Shown: positions 1-9,735 of the stretch, one piece after another
Layout of the letters: each line of letters starts with the position of its first letter
How positions within the stretch are numbered: position 1 is the stretch's first letter
Assembly (NCBI GenBank): GCA_017466805.1
Contig: JAFTTN010000063.1
Coordinates: forward strand, 7,156 to 71,155
Length of the DNA stretch: 64,000 nucleotides
DNA from: Clostridia bacterium
GTDB taxonomy: Bacteria > Bacillota > Clostridia > Oscillospirales > CAG-382
Direction: 5' to 3'
Notes under the pieces: generated by a model
Databases searched by the model: none
What the model was told of the DNA's origin: nothing
What the model saw: only the letters and a program-made list of their open reading frames with translations
Translations under genes and position numbers: made by a program

Positions 1-559
1 TTTTTTGCAATGTGGCAATAAAGTTGGATGCTGCGATGGGATCAAGCTGTGCAGTAGGCTCATCAAGCAGAATCAGCTTTGGTTGCATAGCCATCACCGA
101 TGCAAGATTAAGCAGCTGCTTTTCACCTCCCGAAAGCTCGTGTGTTTTTTTATGAAACCAGTGTTGAATGCCAAAATAGTTTGCCATTTCTGCAGTTCTT
201 CTTCGTATTTCGCCGGTGGGAAAACCAAGACTTTCCAAACCAAACGCAAGCTCGTGCCACACAAAATCAGTCACAATTTGTGCCTCGGGATTTTGCATTA
301 CAAAGCCTATCTCCGAAGCAGAAATGCGTTTGTCCAAATTTTCGGTTCTCGTTCCTCGGTACAAGACCGTACCCTTCTTATTGCCGAAAGGCGCAGTTTC
401 TTTTTTCAGCAGACGAAGAAGAGTTGATTTTCCGCAACCCGATACGCCGCACAGGACAACGAAATCGCCTTCATTTACCGAAAAAGATATTTCCTTTAAC
501 GCTTCGTTTGATGATTCGTTATAACGAAAATTTAAATTTTCGACTTGTAATATTTCCAT
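1..559 (-). CDS. ABC/ECF-type transporter ATP-binding protein, N-terminal part (gene runs off the window start)
   Basis: My translation of the minus strand from the ATG at 559-557 gives MEILQVENLNFRY...GVSGCGKST (Walker A)...LSGGEKQ (ABC signature)...LLDEPT (Walker B). An RBS GGAGG lies upstream. The frame is absent from the ORF track because no stop falls inside the window. Confidence 0.8.
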   Translation of the reverse strand, partial: MEILQVENLNFRYNESSNEALKEISFSVNEGDFVVLCGVSGCGKSTLLRLLKKETAPFGNKKGTVLYRGTRTENLDKRISASEIGFVMQNPEAQIVTDFVWHELAFGLESLGFPTGEIRRRTAEMANYFGIQHWFHKKTHELSGGEKQLLNLASVMAMQPKLILLDEPTAQLDPIAASNFIATLQK

Positions 560-1410
560 TGTAACTCCTCCTTTAGCTCAAGAATTACGGGTACAAAACA
601 CATAGTAACAAAAGCAAAAAACGCAGTTATCGTCATAGTATCGACCTTTGCCGTTGTAATATGCGGATAATATTCAAAATCAAATCCGCCGTTGATTAAG
701 GCCGAAATAATCAACGCATCGAACGTCACAGTTAAAACAACAAACAAAAAGTCGTTCAAACCGAATTTAAACAGCGAAAAATGCGTTCTTCCCTTCAATC
801 CGTATCCGCGGCTTTTCATCGAGGTTCCGACGTCGATTGCATTTTCAAGCGCCCAACCCACGAGTGAGGAATAGGCTCGCATCGTGTTTTTTACCCTATC
901 GATATATGCATCAGACGAATACATACCCATAGCCTTTTGTGAATCTTTGATTCTTTTTGCTTGGCTATTAAATAGTGGCAAAAATCTAAGCGACATCGAC
1001 AAAAGCAAAGCAAGCTTTGGTGAAATACCGCCAAATATGCAAAGTAGTTTGTCCTCGCTCATTATGCAATTAAAGCACTTGAACCAATAGATAACGGCAA
1101 TTATCATTAAAGCCATTCCAAAGCCATACAGTATTGATTCAAGGGTTACGGGGTTCTTGTTGATAAAAAACAGCGCCGTTTCGCCTTTGTGCGAAAAGAA
1201 CGGATTAACCGCCGCTATGATAAGAAGCATTGCCGCGTAAATCAACAATTCTTTTACAACACCGGACTTGCTATTTTTGGCATAAAACGCAAATGCACCC
1301 AAAAAAGAAACAAAGTGAACAAAAGGATTCTGCACGAACATCGACAGCATTAACACCGATGCGAAATACAAGCCCGAAGTTAAAGGGTGCAATTTATTTA
1401 ATCTCATCAT
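532..1410 (-). CDS. ECF transporter transmembrane (T) component, EcfT/CbiQ-like
   Basis: 292-aa polytopic membrane protein. It overlaps the downstream ATPase gene and shares one base (TAATG) with the upstream small ORF. Confidence 0.65.
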   Translation of the reverse strand: MMRLNKLHPLTSGLYFASVLMLSMFVQNPFVHFVSFLGAFAFYAKNSKSGVVKELLIYAAMLLIIAAVNPFFSHKGETALFFINKNPVTLESILYGFGMALMIIAVIYWFKCFNCIMSEDKLLCIFGGISPKLALLLSMSLRFLPLFNSQAKRIKDSQKAMGMYSSDAYIDRVKNTMRAYSSLVGWALENAIDVGTSMKSRGYGLKGRTHFSLFKFGLNDFLFVVLTVTFDALIISALINGGFDFEYYPHITTAKVDTMTITAFFAFVTMCFVPVILELKEELQWKYYKSKI

Positions 1411-1619
1411 TACTTATTCCTCTTTTTTGTTTTCGGATCAAATATCTTCGCTTGCTTCAAACCTGCTGCCTCTAAAGCACGCGGCCAAGGCCCGAGAAAT
1501 GCTTTTATACGGGATCTGGTGACTTCGTCAAAATCGTCTTTCTTTGGGAGTCTACCGACCTCCTTCTCTTTTTTTATGAGCAAATCGATTGCCCACAGCT
1601 TTTTCTCTTCGGGTGTCAC
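1410..1619 (-). CDS. small soluble basic protein, resembles a single homing-endonuclease-associated (HNH-repeat-like) helix-turn unit
   Basis: 69 aa with a GTG start 8 nt after GGAGGT. The motif FLGPWPRALEAAGL resembles the FGSW..AL..AGL repeat. It is the first gene after the riboswitch. Confidence 0.45.
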   Translation of the reverse strand: MTPEEKKLWAIDLLIKKEKEVGRLPKKDDFDEVTRSRIKAFLGPWPRALEAAGLKQAKIFDPKTKKRNK

Positions 1620-1711
1620 AAGCCATACCTCCGAATTATTCTAAAATAAAATACCCTTTAACCAAAAGGTTAAAGAGTACAACAGACCTAAAGCACAGCG
1701 AAAAAAGTGTG

Positions 1712-1765
1712 CAATACAAAAAGAGTGCATCACCGAAACGCATAGATAGATCGGTTGCACTCTTC
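1712..1765 (-). terminator. intrinsic terminator / riboswitch expression platform
   Basis: Minus strand reads AAGAGTGCA...TGCACTCTT followed by TTTGTATT, located between the aptamer and the first gene. Confidence 0.55.
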
Positions 1766-1789
1766 ACACCAAAGTTGTGTTAAACCTAC

Positions 1790-1985
1790 GGGAGAACCCA
1801 AAAAGACACGGCAGGTATCCTGACTTATGATGTAGCGGCATAGCCGCAAAAGAACGCGCCTTCTCGGATCGCTCCAATGGCATACACGTCCTTTATCTTG
1901 TCAAATACAGTAATGGCGGTTGTTCCGGATTCGAACCGGATTCCCTTTTACATCTACTCAGCTTACAACTTTTCAAACCGTATCT
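1790..1985 (-). promoter_or_regulatory. cobalamin (B12) riboswitch aptamer
   Basis: Minus strand contains AAAAGGGAATCCGGTTCGAATCCGGAACAACCGCCATTACTGTA, then GCCATTGG...GAGAAGGCG, then a B12 box AGTCAGGATACCTGCCG (1809-1826). Confidence 0.8.
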
Positions 1986-2011
1986 TCTTTATCGGTATTT
2001 AATTTTTTGTA

Positions 2012-2040
2012 ATTATATCACAGTTAATATTATTTTTCAA
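2012..2040 (-). promoter_or_regulatory. sigma-A promoter for the riboswitch operon
   Basis: TTGAAA, 17 nt, TATAAT on the minus strand. Confidence 0.6.
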
Positions 2041-2071
2041 TATAAAAAATAAACAAAACCGCTTTTAAAAT

Positions 2072-3007
2072 CTACTTCTCTACACGATCGATAAAACGCG
2101 AAACCGCTTCATCGTATTTTATCGTATCTGCATAACGCAGTTGCGAATGCGCGCCGTGTTCAAACCAAACAATATCTTTTTCACTTCCGCATAAATCATA
2201 CAGCACTTGAGCTGTTTCGGGGAGCGAATACAAATCCTCTTTGCTATGTAGCATCAACAACGGCTTTTTTAGTTTTCCTATAACGTTTATAGGTCCATAT
2301 TTCATGGTAATTCCGATTTTTTTGTTCACAAGCCGTTCCACCAACTGCAAATACGGTGATACCGGCTTTTTTAGAGCTATCATATGGTTTTTAAAGCTCT
2401 CGTAAAAATTCGGGTACATTCCCTCTGCTGTCATGCCGATAAAATAATCGGGGCAATTTTTATCCGTAAGCGCAAACAAGGAGCAGGAAGAGCCGATGCA
2501 AATACCGTGCAGCCATATTTTTTTTATACCGTATTTTTCATTTAGCAATTTGCCCCAAGCGAGAACGTCCTTATGCTCCTTAAAACCGATCGAATTATAC
2601 TTCCCGTCGCTTTTTCCGTGCGCTCTTTGATCTATTGTAAGTATGTTATATCCGTTATCGGCGTAAACCTTTGCAAAATAGTAACCGTAATACAACGCTT
2701 CGGTTCTGCCCGGAACTATTATAACAGCTTTGTCGTAGCCCAAATCGGTGTATTCGCCGTAGAGCCTATAGCCTTCGTTTGTCAATTCCATTTCTTGAAT
2801 ATTCGTAAGGCTTTTTCTGTATTCAAGAGCCGAATCATACATAGAACACTGTATCGGCTCATCTGCCGAACATTGCCTTCCCCACTTGCTCTTGGTCGTG
2901 CGGTTTAAGTGAATATTGAACAGAATACGCGCAACGGCAAAGAAAGACCACACGGTAAATGCGGCTATCGCAAGCATGCATACTGCTATTATTTGTATAG
3001 CATTCAT
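2072..3007 (-). CDS. membrane-anchored alpha/beta hydrolase (nucleophile elbow G-I-C-I-G)
   Basis: 311 aa with an N-terminal TM helix. Hydrolase-fold features: HGICIGSS elbow, later SKEDLY and EHGAHS. Confidence 0.65.
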   Translation of the reverse strand: MNAIQIIAVCMLAIAAFTVWSFFAVARILFNIHLNRTTKSKWGRQCSADEPIQCSMYDSALEYRKSLTNIQEMELTNEGYRLYGEYTDLGYDKAVIIVPGRTEALYYGYYFAKVYADNGYNILTIDQRAHGKSDGKYNSIGFKEHKDVLAWGKLLNEKYGIKKIWLHGICIGSSCSLFALTDKNCPDYFIGMTAEGMYPNFYESFKNHMIALKKPVSPYLQLVERLVNKKIGITMKYGPINVIGKLKKPLLMLHSKEDLYSLPETAQVLYDLCGSEKDIVWFEHGAHSQLRYADTIKYDEAVSRFIDRVEK

Positions 3008-3011
3008 AAAA

Positions 3012-3653
3012 CTACCTCTGGTTAGAAGCTACGCGAGCATCGAGCTCTGCTCTTAATTCCAAAGCTTTATTCCGCACCATTTCGTTCAAAGCAACTATTT
3101 CTTCGCGTGTTGGATTTAAAGAAGCGCAATAATCGGAAAGATATATTTTTTTGCCGATTATAATGTGAACTCTTTTGAAAAAACCGTAATTTCCGTCTGT
3201 CATCACGGGTATTATCGGAACGTTTGCGCGCAGAGCTATCATAATATAGCTGGGCTTGAAATCGAGCATTGATCCGTCTTTGGAAATGTGTGCTTCCGGA
3301 TAGATTTGTACAAGCTTTCCCTTTTCCAAAACACGAACGCTTTCGTCAATAAAGCGCATACCCATAATATCTCTGTCGGAACGAATTCCACCAAAACAAC
3401 GCATTGCCCAATGAAAAAACTTTCCACGCTTAAATATCATTTCCGCCATAACGACAAAAAGCTTTCTGCAGGGGAAAAGAAACATATTAACCATATAATC
3501 CAATACGCTGTAGTGATTGGATATTATCAAAGCACCGCCTTTAATAAAACGGTTAGAAGTTCTTTTATCTTCGTAGTATGTTTTTCTTTTGAAAAACAAC
3601 ACTTGAACCGGCCAAGCCGTTATCAACGCAAGCCAACGAAAAAAGCCATACAT
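3012..3653 (-). CDS. PlsC-family lysophospholipid/1-acylglycerol-3-phosphate acyltransferase
   Basis: NHYSVLD (HX4D motif) and IYPEAHIS block. 213 aa. Confidence 0.75.
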   Translation of the reverse strand: MYGFFRWLALITAWPVQVLFFKRKTYYEDKRTSNRFIKGGALIISNHYSVLDYMVNMFLFPCRKLFVVMAEMIFKRGKFFHWAMRCFGGIRSDRDIMGMRFIDESVRVLEKGKLVQIYPEAHISKDGSMLDFKPSYIMIALRANVPIIPVMTDGNYGFFKRVHIIIGKKIYLSDYCASLNPTREEIVALNEMVRNKALELRAELDARVASNQR

Positions 3654-3654
3654 A

Positions 3655-5586
3655 TTAGTTAATAAGGTCCTTTATAAGTTTTTCAAAGTGGTTTACCGTG
3701 TATCCGAACTGTTCTAAATTATACTCGCTTCCAAAATCGATTTTTAAGTCAAAACGCTTATCAAGCTCATTAATTAAAGTAAAATAATCCAAGCTCGTAC
3801 CGCCCAAATCGTTCATAAAATGCATATCGTCACCGATTGTGTCGATACTCCTATCCAACACTGTTGCAAACGTTTCGCGTATTATTCGTTTCAATTCATT
3901 GTCGCCGTTGCTTATCTCGACCAGCGGTTCGTTTGAATCAAACAGTCGAATTTTCTTATCGCGGATTGCTTTTCTTAAATAAGCCCTGCTAACCTTGATT
4001 CCGCCGTCCTCCACGAGCGAATCGAACGTGAACTTAACGTCCTTAACTCGATACGAAGCAGGTAAAGATGAGTTACAAAGCTCAATTTCCGATTTTAAGC
4101 GTTCCTTTTGCTTAACCAAAAGATTTCTTGAAATTCTGACAATCAACACTAATTTCGTATTGTCTTCATTGCCGAGAACAGAAAAGTCTATAGCGTCTCT
4201 AAGCGAGAACGCCTTTTCCGCAAGATCGGGATTTAAATTTTCGCCATCGTCAGAAAATACTACGTCGGAAAAACGACCGTTTATATAATATCTGCCGTCA
4301 TCATCGACAGATACAATATCTCCGGTATCAAACCAATCGTTGTTGTATACTTCTTTTCCGTCTATTATGCATTTTCTACACAGAGAAGAGCCTTTAACAA
4401 AAAGTCTGCCCTCTTTCTCGATATTGTACTCCAAAGAATCGAAAGGCTTGCCGATCGAACAAAGGATTCTTTCTTTGGGGCTTTTGCCCAATTCAACCGA
4501 GCAGATTCCGATTTCGGTCATTCCATAACCGTTGCAAAGCGGATAGCCGATTGCATTAAGCAATTCCACTGCAGAGGTCTTTATATAGCTACCGCCCGAG
4601 ATGCAAAAACGTATTTCGTTGCCCAAAAGCCTACTGCGAACATCTTTAAACGCAAGCTTTGCAAAAAACGCTCCCATTGAACAAGAAAAATTTTGCAGCT
4701 TTAAAGAAGTCTTACACGCTTTTTCAAACTTCGAGCGCATTTTTTCGTCATTTGCAGCAATTTCTTTTCTTACAGCTTTTTCTATTGCATGCCAAAGCAT
4801 AGGCACTGCAAAAACGTGTGTTACACCGTGATTTCTAATGGTTCGTAAAATGTTTTCGGGAGCATAGTCATTTAAAAAGACAAAGGTACTCCCAAAAAAC
4901 GCATACCATAAAAACATAGCCACAAGACCGAAAACATGATATAGCGGCAGGAAAGCAAGCATTTTAATACCGTCTTTTGATGCGGCCACTATTCTTTTGT
5001 TTGTATCAATTATGCTTTCGAGATTTAAAATTTGTTCGGATATCTCTTGTCCGCTATAAATACAAACTTTTTGTTTTAAAGTCGTTCCGCTCGTTGAAAT
5101 AGCAAACTCGTTAGAAAATTCCGGAAAGCTGTATTCATTTTCGTTATCGATACAAGATAAATCTTTATAAGAAACCGTTTGAATGCCGTATTCGATATTG
5201 GAGTTCACGGTAATAACAGCGTTTGCTCCAAGTGTATTGAGTATTTCTTCTGTTGATGATTTCGGCTGACGCAGATTAATAACGTAAGGCTTATTTCCGC
5301 TTTTCAAAATAGCCCAAAATGAAATTATCCACTCGGGAGAATTTTCACCGTGAAGCCCGATAAAAGCATTTCCGTTTGGAAATCTTTGTAAAATCGACGC
5401 AGCAACCGAATCAATTCTGTCGGAAACGTCGGCATAAGTATACGTCACCTTACGAGTCATAGTGGCGCATTCAAGAAAGACGCTGTCGTTATGTGACATT
5501 ATAATCGAATATATATCACATAACGTTTTATTGCTGTTTTGCAGTTTTTCGGCATTCCGGAAAATAGACTTTTTAAGATTACTCAT
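3655..5586 (-). CDS. acyl-AMP/acyl-carrier ligase fused to a C-terminal phosphopantetheine carrier domain
   Basis: AMP-binding motifs STSGTTLKQK, GYGMTE and WFDTGD. The C-terminal DLGGTSLDY is a carrier-protein Ser motif. Confidence 0.75.
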   Translation of the reverse strand: MSNLKKSIFRNAEKLQNSNKTLCDIYSIIMSHNDSVFLECATMTRKVTYTYADVSDRIDSVAASILQRFPNGNAFIGLHGENSPEWIISFWAILKSGNKPYVINLRQPKSSTEEILNTLGANAVITVNSNIEYGIQTVSYKDLSCIDNENEYSFPEFSNEFAISTSGTTLKQKVCIYSGQEISEQILNLESIIDTNKRIVAASKDGIKMLAFLPLYHVFGLVAMFLWYAFFGSTFVFLNDYAPENILRTIRNHGVTHVFAVPMLWHAIEKAVRKEIAANDEKMRSKFEKACKTSLKLQNFSCSMGAFFAKLAFKDVRSRLLGNEIRFCISGGSYIKTSAVELLNAIGYPLCNGYGMTEIGICSVELGKSPKERILCSIGKPFDSLEYNIEKEGRLFVKGSSLCRKCIIDGKEVYNNDWFDTGDIVSVDDDGRYYINGRFSDVVFSDDGENLNPDLAEKAFSLRDAIDFSVLGNEDNTKLVLIVRISRNLLVKQKERLKSEIELCNSSLPASYRVKDVKFTFDSLVEDGGIKVSRAYLRKAIRDKKIRLFDSNEPLVEISNGDNELKRIIRETFATVLDRSIDTIGDDMHFMNDLGGTSLDYFTLINELDKRFDLKIDFGSEYNLEQFGYTVNHFEKLIKDLIN

Positions 5587-6916
5587 TTCTATGTTTATCT
5601 TTTCCTATAAAAGCAATAGATTTGGGAAGGAAAAATGCGATTATAAACGCTATAACGCAAAATGCCGCAACAATTATTGTCATATATTGAATTAGGTCAT
5701 TTTGCTTTAAAAATACGAGAATCAAACCGGTAGCAGAGCCGGCAGAAATGCCTTCGAAAAGACCTTGAACAGCAAAATACATAGATGAAGCACAAATTCC
5801 GCTGCGTTTGTTTTCCTCGGCTGCAAGATGTGAAGGAACGGTATAGCTAACCGAGAAGAACGCACCGATTGCAAAAGAAACGATAATACTGCAAAGAATT
5901 GCAACGGGAAGCATTATCGATTTATCGAGCATTCTGCAGAAAAACATCAACGACATACCAAGTGCGAACATTAGTATTACGTATTGATAAGCAAACTTCA
6001 ATCCCTTTTTCTTAACAACCTTATTGTAGAGAATCAAGGTTAACGGTACCGGTACAAAAGAAGATGCCATAACAAAAGTCATATTCAGTCCGGTAGTGGA
6101 AAAATATTCATTTATCCCACCCAAGAAAAGCTGCAAACCCGTATTTAATATTGCGTGAGTAAATAGCCAAAAGATAAAATGCTTGTTTTTGAAAGAATAT
6201 ATAAGAGACTTAACAAAACCGACTCTCTGTTCGGGGACGTAGCCTTCGCGACGCTTTACTCCGTTTACGGTAGATTCCTCTTTGATCATAAACAAAGGAA
6301 TAAGCATTGTAGCGGCAAGCGGAAGGAAGATAAGCGCAACGTATCGAATATTGATACCCATGCTTACAAACGCGGGAACAAGCGCAAAGCCAAGCGAAAA
6401 ATAAACTACGTCACACACCGACTTAATATTAGAAAGGAAAATCCTTTCGCTTTCAGTTTCAACGATTTCCGCAAAGGTTGCATAATAGGTAACCATGGTA
6501 AGCGTATACGCTGCATAATAAATCGCAAGCAAAACAGCAAACCACACAGTATTTAAAATGCCTGCTTCATTGTTAAGCGGAAACAGAAACAGAACGTACG
6601 CAATCAGCAGTGGAACAAGACCGATAAGAATTGCAGGACGACGTCTTCCCCACTTCGTTCTTAAATTATCGGTCAAGGAGGAAAGCGGAATATCTATAAT
6701 GCCGTCAAAAATCTTTATCGCAAATACCAAAACAGCCCAAAGAGCAGCAACGACAAGGTCTTTGTTCGCGTATGTCCAGGATTCAACGTTAGATTCGAAT
6801 CCTCCGACAAGCAGAGCGCTGCAAAGATACGAACCTACTATTAGATTAAGCATATTAAGTCCAAGACCGGCACAACCGTAAAGAGCTATATGCCATTTTT
6901 TAGTTAAAAGCTTCAT
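5579..6916 (-). CDS. GPH-family (MelB/MFSD2-like) MFS transporter
   Basis: 12-TM-like 445-aa protein with a GPH signature DGIIDIPLSSLTDNLRTKWGRRRP. Confidence 0.7.
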   Translation of the reverse strand: MKLLTKKWHIALYGCAGLGLNMLNLIVGSYLCSALLVGGFESNVESWTYANKDLVVAALWAVLVFAIKIFDGIIDIPLSSLTDNLRTKWGRRRPAILIGLVPLLIAYVLFLFPLNNEAGILNTVWFAVLLAIYYAAYTLTMVTYYATFAEIVETESERIFLSNIKSVCDVVYFSLGFALVPAFVSMGINIRYVALIFLPLAATMLIPLFMIKEESTVNGVKRREGYVPEQRVGFVKSLIYSFKNKHFIFWLFTHAILNTGLQLFLGGINEYFSTTGLNMTFVMASSFVPVPLTLILYNKVVKKKGLKFAYQYVILMFALGMSLMFFCRMLDKSIMLPVAILCSIIVSFAIGAFFSVSYTVPSHLAAEENKRSGICASSMYFAVQGLFEGISAGSATGLILVFLKQNDLIQYMTIIVAAFCVIAFIIAFFLPKSIAFIGKDKHRNE

Positions 6917-6933
6917 GATAATTTCCTCTACTG

Positions 6934-8580
6934 TTATTCTAATGTCAAAATCACGTTATAAAAGCTGTCGTCTGTATCATTAATTTCAACTTCTGTTAAC
7001 GTACTGTGATTGTTTACGTATGCGACAATAGCTTCTTTAATATTCTCGGGAACGCTTTGGTTGGCAAAAACCGTTACTATTTCGCGGTCGCATTTCGAAA
7101 ACGCTTGCTTTAATGCCGCCCCTACTACGTATGCAAGGGAATTTCCGCAAACGAGGATACTTTTGTCGCTAAGCATAGCAACAAAATCGCCTTCTTTTAC
7201 GCTGTGATCGGAGATATTTGCATTTTTTGTTGCACGAGTAACCAGCACAGTATCGATTGTTCCGACCGCTTCATTTAAAACATCGGCAACTTCGCCACAT
7301 TGTTCGGATTCATAATCGACAAGCGGCAGCACCGCATAACATTCGCTGTCGGTTTTTGTGTTAACGATGTGAATTTCGGTATCGCGGCAAAGTGAAGCAG
7401 CTTGAGAAGCCGTTAAGCAGGTATTCTTATCGTTCGGAAAAACAATAATACTCTTTCCCTTTGTGAGTTTAAATGCGTTCACAAAATCCGATGCCGTAGG
7501 AATATATGCGTATCCGCCACTCAAAACAACGTCCGCTCCCATTTCGAAAAAGCTTTGCTCCATTTTTGCGCTATGTGCGACCGCCACTACCGAAACAGCC
7601 GACGCTTCGTTTTGTGATACCTTAAGGTTACTGTTAAGCGTTTCTTGGTGCTGAACGCTCATATTCTCGATTTTTACTGCAAGAAATTCACCGTAGGTAT
7701 GACAATGAGCCAATATCTTTTCGGGCGATTTGGTATGTATATGTAACTTAACCTTATCGCTTTCTTGTGAAAGCACAATCGAATCGCCTAGCCTCGAAAG
7801 CTCTTCTCTAAAGTCGGAAAGCGAAAAAGAATCTGCTCTGAAGGTTAACTGAATTAAAAGCTCCGTACAATACCCGTATTCGAATACACTGTTTTTGTTA
7901 AAAGCCGAATAATCTCCCGTGGTTTCCGCCAACCGAGGCCCGTTATCTACTATTGGAAGGCTTTTACCTTCAAGATAGCACTTCATGCCTTCAAAAACGT
8001 ATATTATACCCGCGCCGCCGCTATCAACAACGTTTGCGTTTTTTAATACTGCGAGCATTTTCGGTGTATTATCCAACGTAATTCTGGCTTTTTCCAAAAA
8101 AGCATTAATTATATCATTTATAGAATCAAGACGGTAATTGTCGAGCTCGTAACGGATATATTCTATCGCCTCACGTATTACGGTCAATATAGTTCCTTCA
8201 ACCGGATTTGCAACCGATTTATACGCAGAATCGACACCGTGTTCGAGTGCCGAAGCAAATTCACAGAAGTCTGCTGTTTCCAAATCGTAAAAGCTTTCAG
8301 ACATTCCGCGGAAAAATTGCGAAAGAATAACACCCGAATTGCCTCGAGCCCCAAAAACGATTGCACGGGCAAACGATTGCGCCATTTTGCCGAGGGAAAG
8401 CTTTGTATCTTTTATCGCAGCAAGCCCATTTTGAAGCGTCAAAAGCATATTCGTACCGGTGTCCCCATCGGGAACCGGAAATACGTTAAGCATATTCACT
8501 TTATCTTTATATACGGCAAGATTTCGTATTCCGTAATCCAACAGATTGTAAAAATGTGTGCCGTTTATATTATAGATCAT
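6934..8580 (-). CDS. fakA: DAK2-domain fatty acid kinase subunit (YloV/FakA type)
   Basis: 548 aa. N-terminal VFPVPDGDTGTNM DAK2 motif and the typical FakA length. Confidence 0.8.
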   Translation of the reverse strand: MIYNINGTHFYNLLDYGIRNLAVYKDKVNMLNVFPVPDGDTGTNMLLTLQNGLAAIKDTKLSLGKMAQSFARAIVFGARGNSGVILSQFFRGMSESFYDLETADFCEFASALEHGVDSAYKSVANPVEGTILTVIREAIEYIRYELDNYRLDSINDIINAFLEKARITLDNTPKMLAVLKNANVVDSGGAGIIYVFEGMKCYLEGKSLPIVDNGPRLAETTGDYSAFNKNSVFEYGYCTELLIQLTFRADSFSLSDFREELSRLGDSIVLSQESDKVKLHIHTKSPEKILAHCHTYGEFLAVKIENMSVQHQETLNSNLKVSQNEASAVSVVAVAHSAKMEQSFFEMGADVVLSGGYAYIPTASDFVNAFKLTKGKSIIVFPNDKNTCLTASQAASLCRDTEIHIVNTKTDSECYAVLPLVDYESEQCGEVADVLNEAVGTIDTVLVTRATKNANISDHSVKEGDFVAMLSDKSILVCGNSLAYVVGAALKQAFSKCDREIVTVFANQSVPENIKEAIVAYVNNHSTLTEVEINDTDDSFYNVILTLE

Positions 8581-8616
8581 TTAACGAAGTTTGCTCCTTG
8601 TATTTATAAGCGACTG

Positions 8617-9549
8617 TTATTTGCCGAGTATATTGTTCATTACTTCTTTCTCTTTCGAAAGGTCATCGGAAACCTCTTCACCAAGATAATATGCACCAAC
8701 CATACCCGGACCTATGTTTGCACCGCATCCGCAAAACACATCGGAAAGAAAAACTTCTTTGGGAGATAGTTCGGATTCAAGCTTTTCTTTTAATGCTTTT
8801 GCATACACTTCTCGATCGGAGTGAACCAACATAATATAATTTTGGCTTATATCTGTTGCTGTTTCTTTAATATATTGCACGGTAACGTCAAGGGCTTTAT
8901 TAATACCCTTTACTTTTGCGAGAACGGTTGTATAACCCTCTCCGTTACAATCGCCCATAGGCTTTACTCCGGCAAAACTGCCCATAATCGCCTTGCCCAT
9001 TGTAATTCTACCGCGGCGTGCAATAAAGAAAAGATCGTCAATCGGCCCCATTTGATGAACCTTGAGCTTATTGTCTTCGAGCCACGCAACAATTTCATCA
9101 AAGCTCTTACCGTTGTTTTTTAAATCGTATGCATATATAACCAACAAACCTATGGCACCGGACATACGCAACGAATCCACACAATAAACGCGAGCATCGA
9201 AATACTCTGCATTCAAACGAGCCGCGGCATTACTTGCAAAATTATACGTGGAACTGATTTTTGACGAAAGCGATATGTTTATAATCGAATAGCCCTGTTC
9301 AACGAAGTGCTTAAAATACTCATAATATTCCTCCGCGTTCAACGGAGAGGTAGATATATTGTTTTTCTTGTCAGAAAGCGCTTTATAAAATTCCTCTCGG
9401 GATATTTGGCTCCAATCGAGAGTACCTTCGATATCTCTGCCCTCTGCGAGATGAATATGTCCCTTGGAATATGAAGGCATACCGATTCGGTTTCGTATTT
9501 CTTCGGATAAATCGCAGGTAAAATCTGCAAGTATAATAAACTTTTCCAT
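8617..9549 (-). CDS. DegV-family fatty-acid-binding protein (FakB type)
   Basis: DegV-like sequence. Start moved to the ATG (MEKFIIL) 6 nt after GGAG; the track ORF begins at an upstream TTG. Confidence 0.8.
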   Translation of the reverse strand: MEKFIILADFTCDLSEEIRNRIGMPSYSKGHIHLAEGRDIEGTLDWSQISREEFYKALSDKKNNISTSPLNAEEYYEYFKHFVEQGYSIINISLSSKISSTYNFASNAAARLNAEYFDARVYCVDSLRMSGAIGLLVIYAYDLKNNGKSFDEIVAWLEDNKLKVHQMGPIDDLFFIARRGRITMGKAIMGSFAGVKPMGDCNGEGYTTVLAKVKGINKALDVTVQYIKETATDISQNYIMLVHSDREVYAKALKEKLESELSPKEVFLSDVFCGCGANIGPGMVGAYYLGEEVSDDLSKEKEVMNNILGK

Positions 9550-9684
9550 AACGTGCTCCAAAAACAATATTTTAAATTATTAAAATCCAAATTATTATAG
9601 CATAAACCAATAGATTAATCAACAATTTTTCGACAATTTTCCTGCCTTTTACTGCCACCTGTTCATATTTTCTTAATTGTTTTA

Positions 9685-9728
9685 ACAAATAAAACTCCTG
9701 CGGCAATTTAAACGTCGCAGGAGTTTTG
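9685..9728 (-). terminator. intrinsic terminator after the EEP lipoprotein gene
   Basis: AAAACTCCTGCG...CGCAGGAGTTTT hairpin with flanking T/A runs. Confidence 0.7.
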
Positions 9729-9735
9729 TATTAAT

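Noticed and set aside
5-564. Three overlapping plus-strand ORFs (140, 140 and 102 aa) at the window start
   Set aside because: The minus strand encodes a clean ABC ATPase N-terminus (Walker A, LSGGEKQ signature) with an RBS. The plus-strand ORFs are shadow frames with odd composition.
1913-1950. tRNA-like T-arm (GGTTCGAATCC on the minus strand) that suggests a tRNA or tmRNA 3' end
   Set aside because: No acceptor stem, D-arm or anticodon arm can be built. The segment is the conserved GGGAA..GGT..AATCC core of the cobalamin riboswitch, and a B12 box lies 110 nt downstream.
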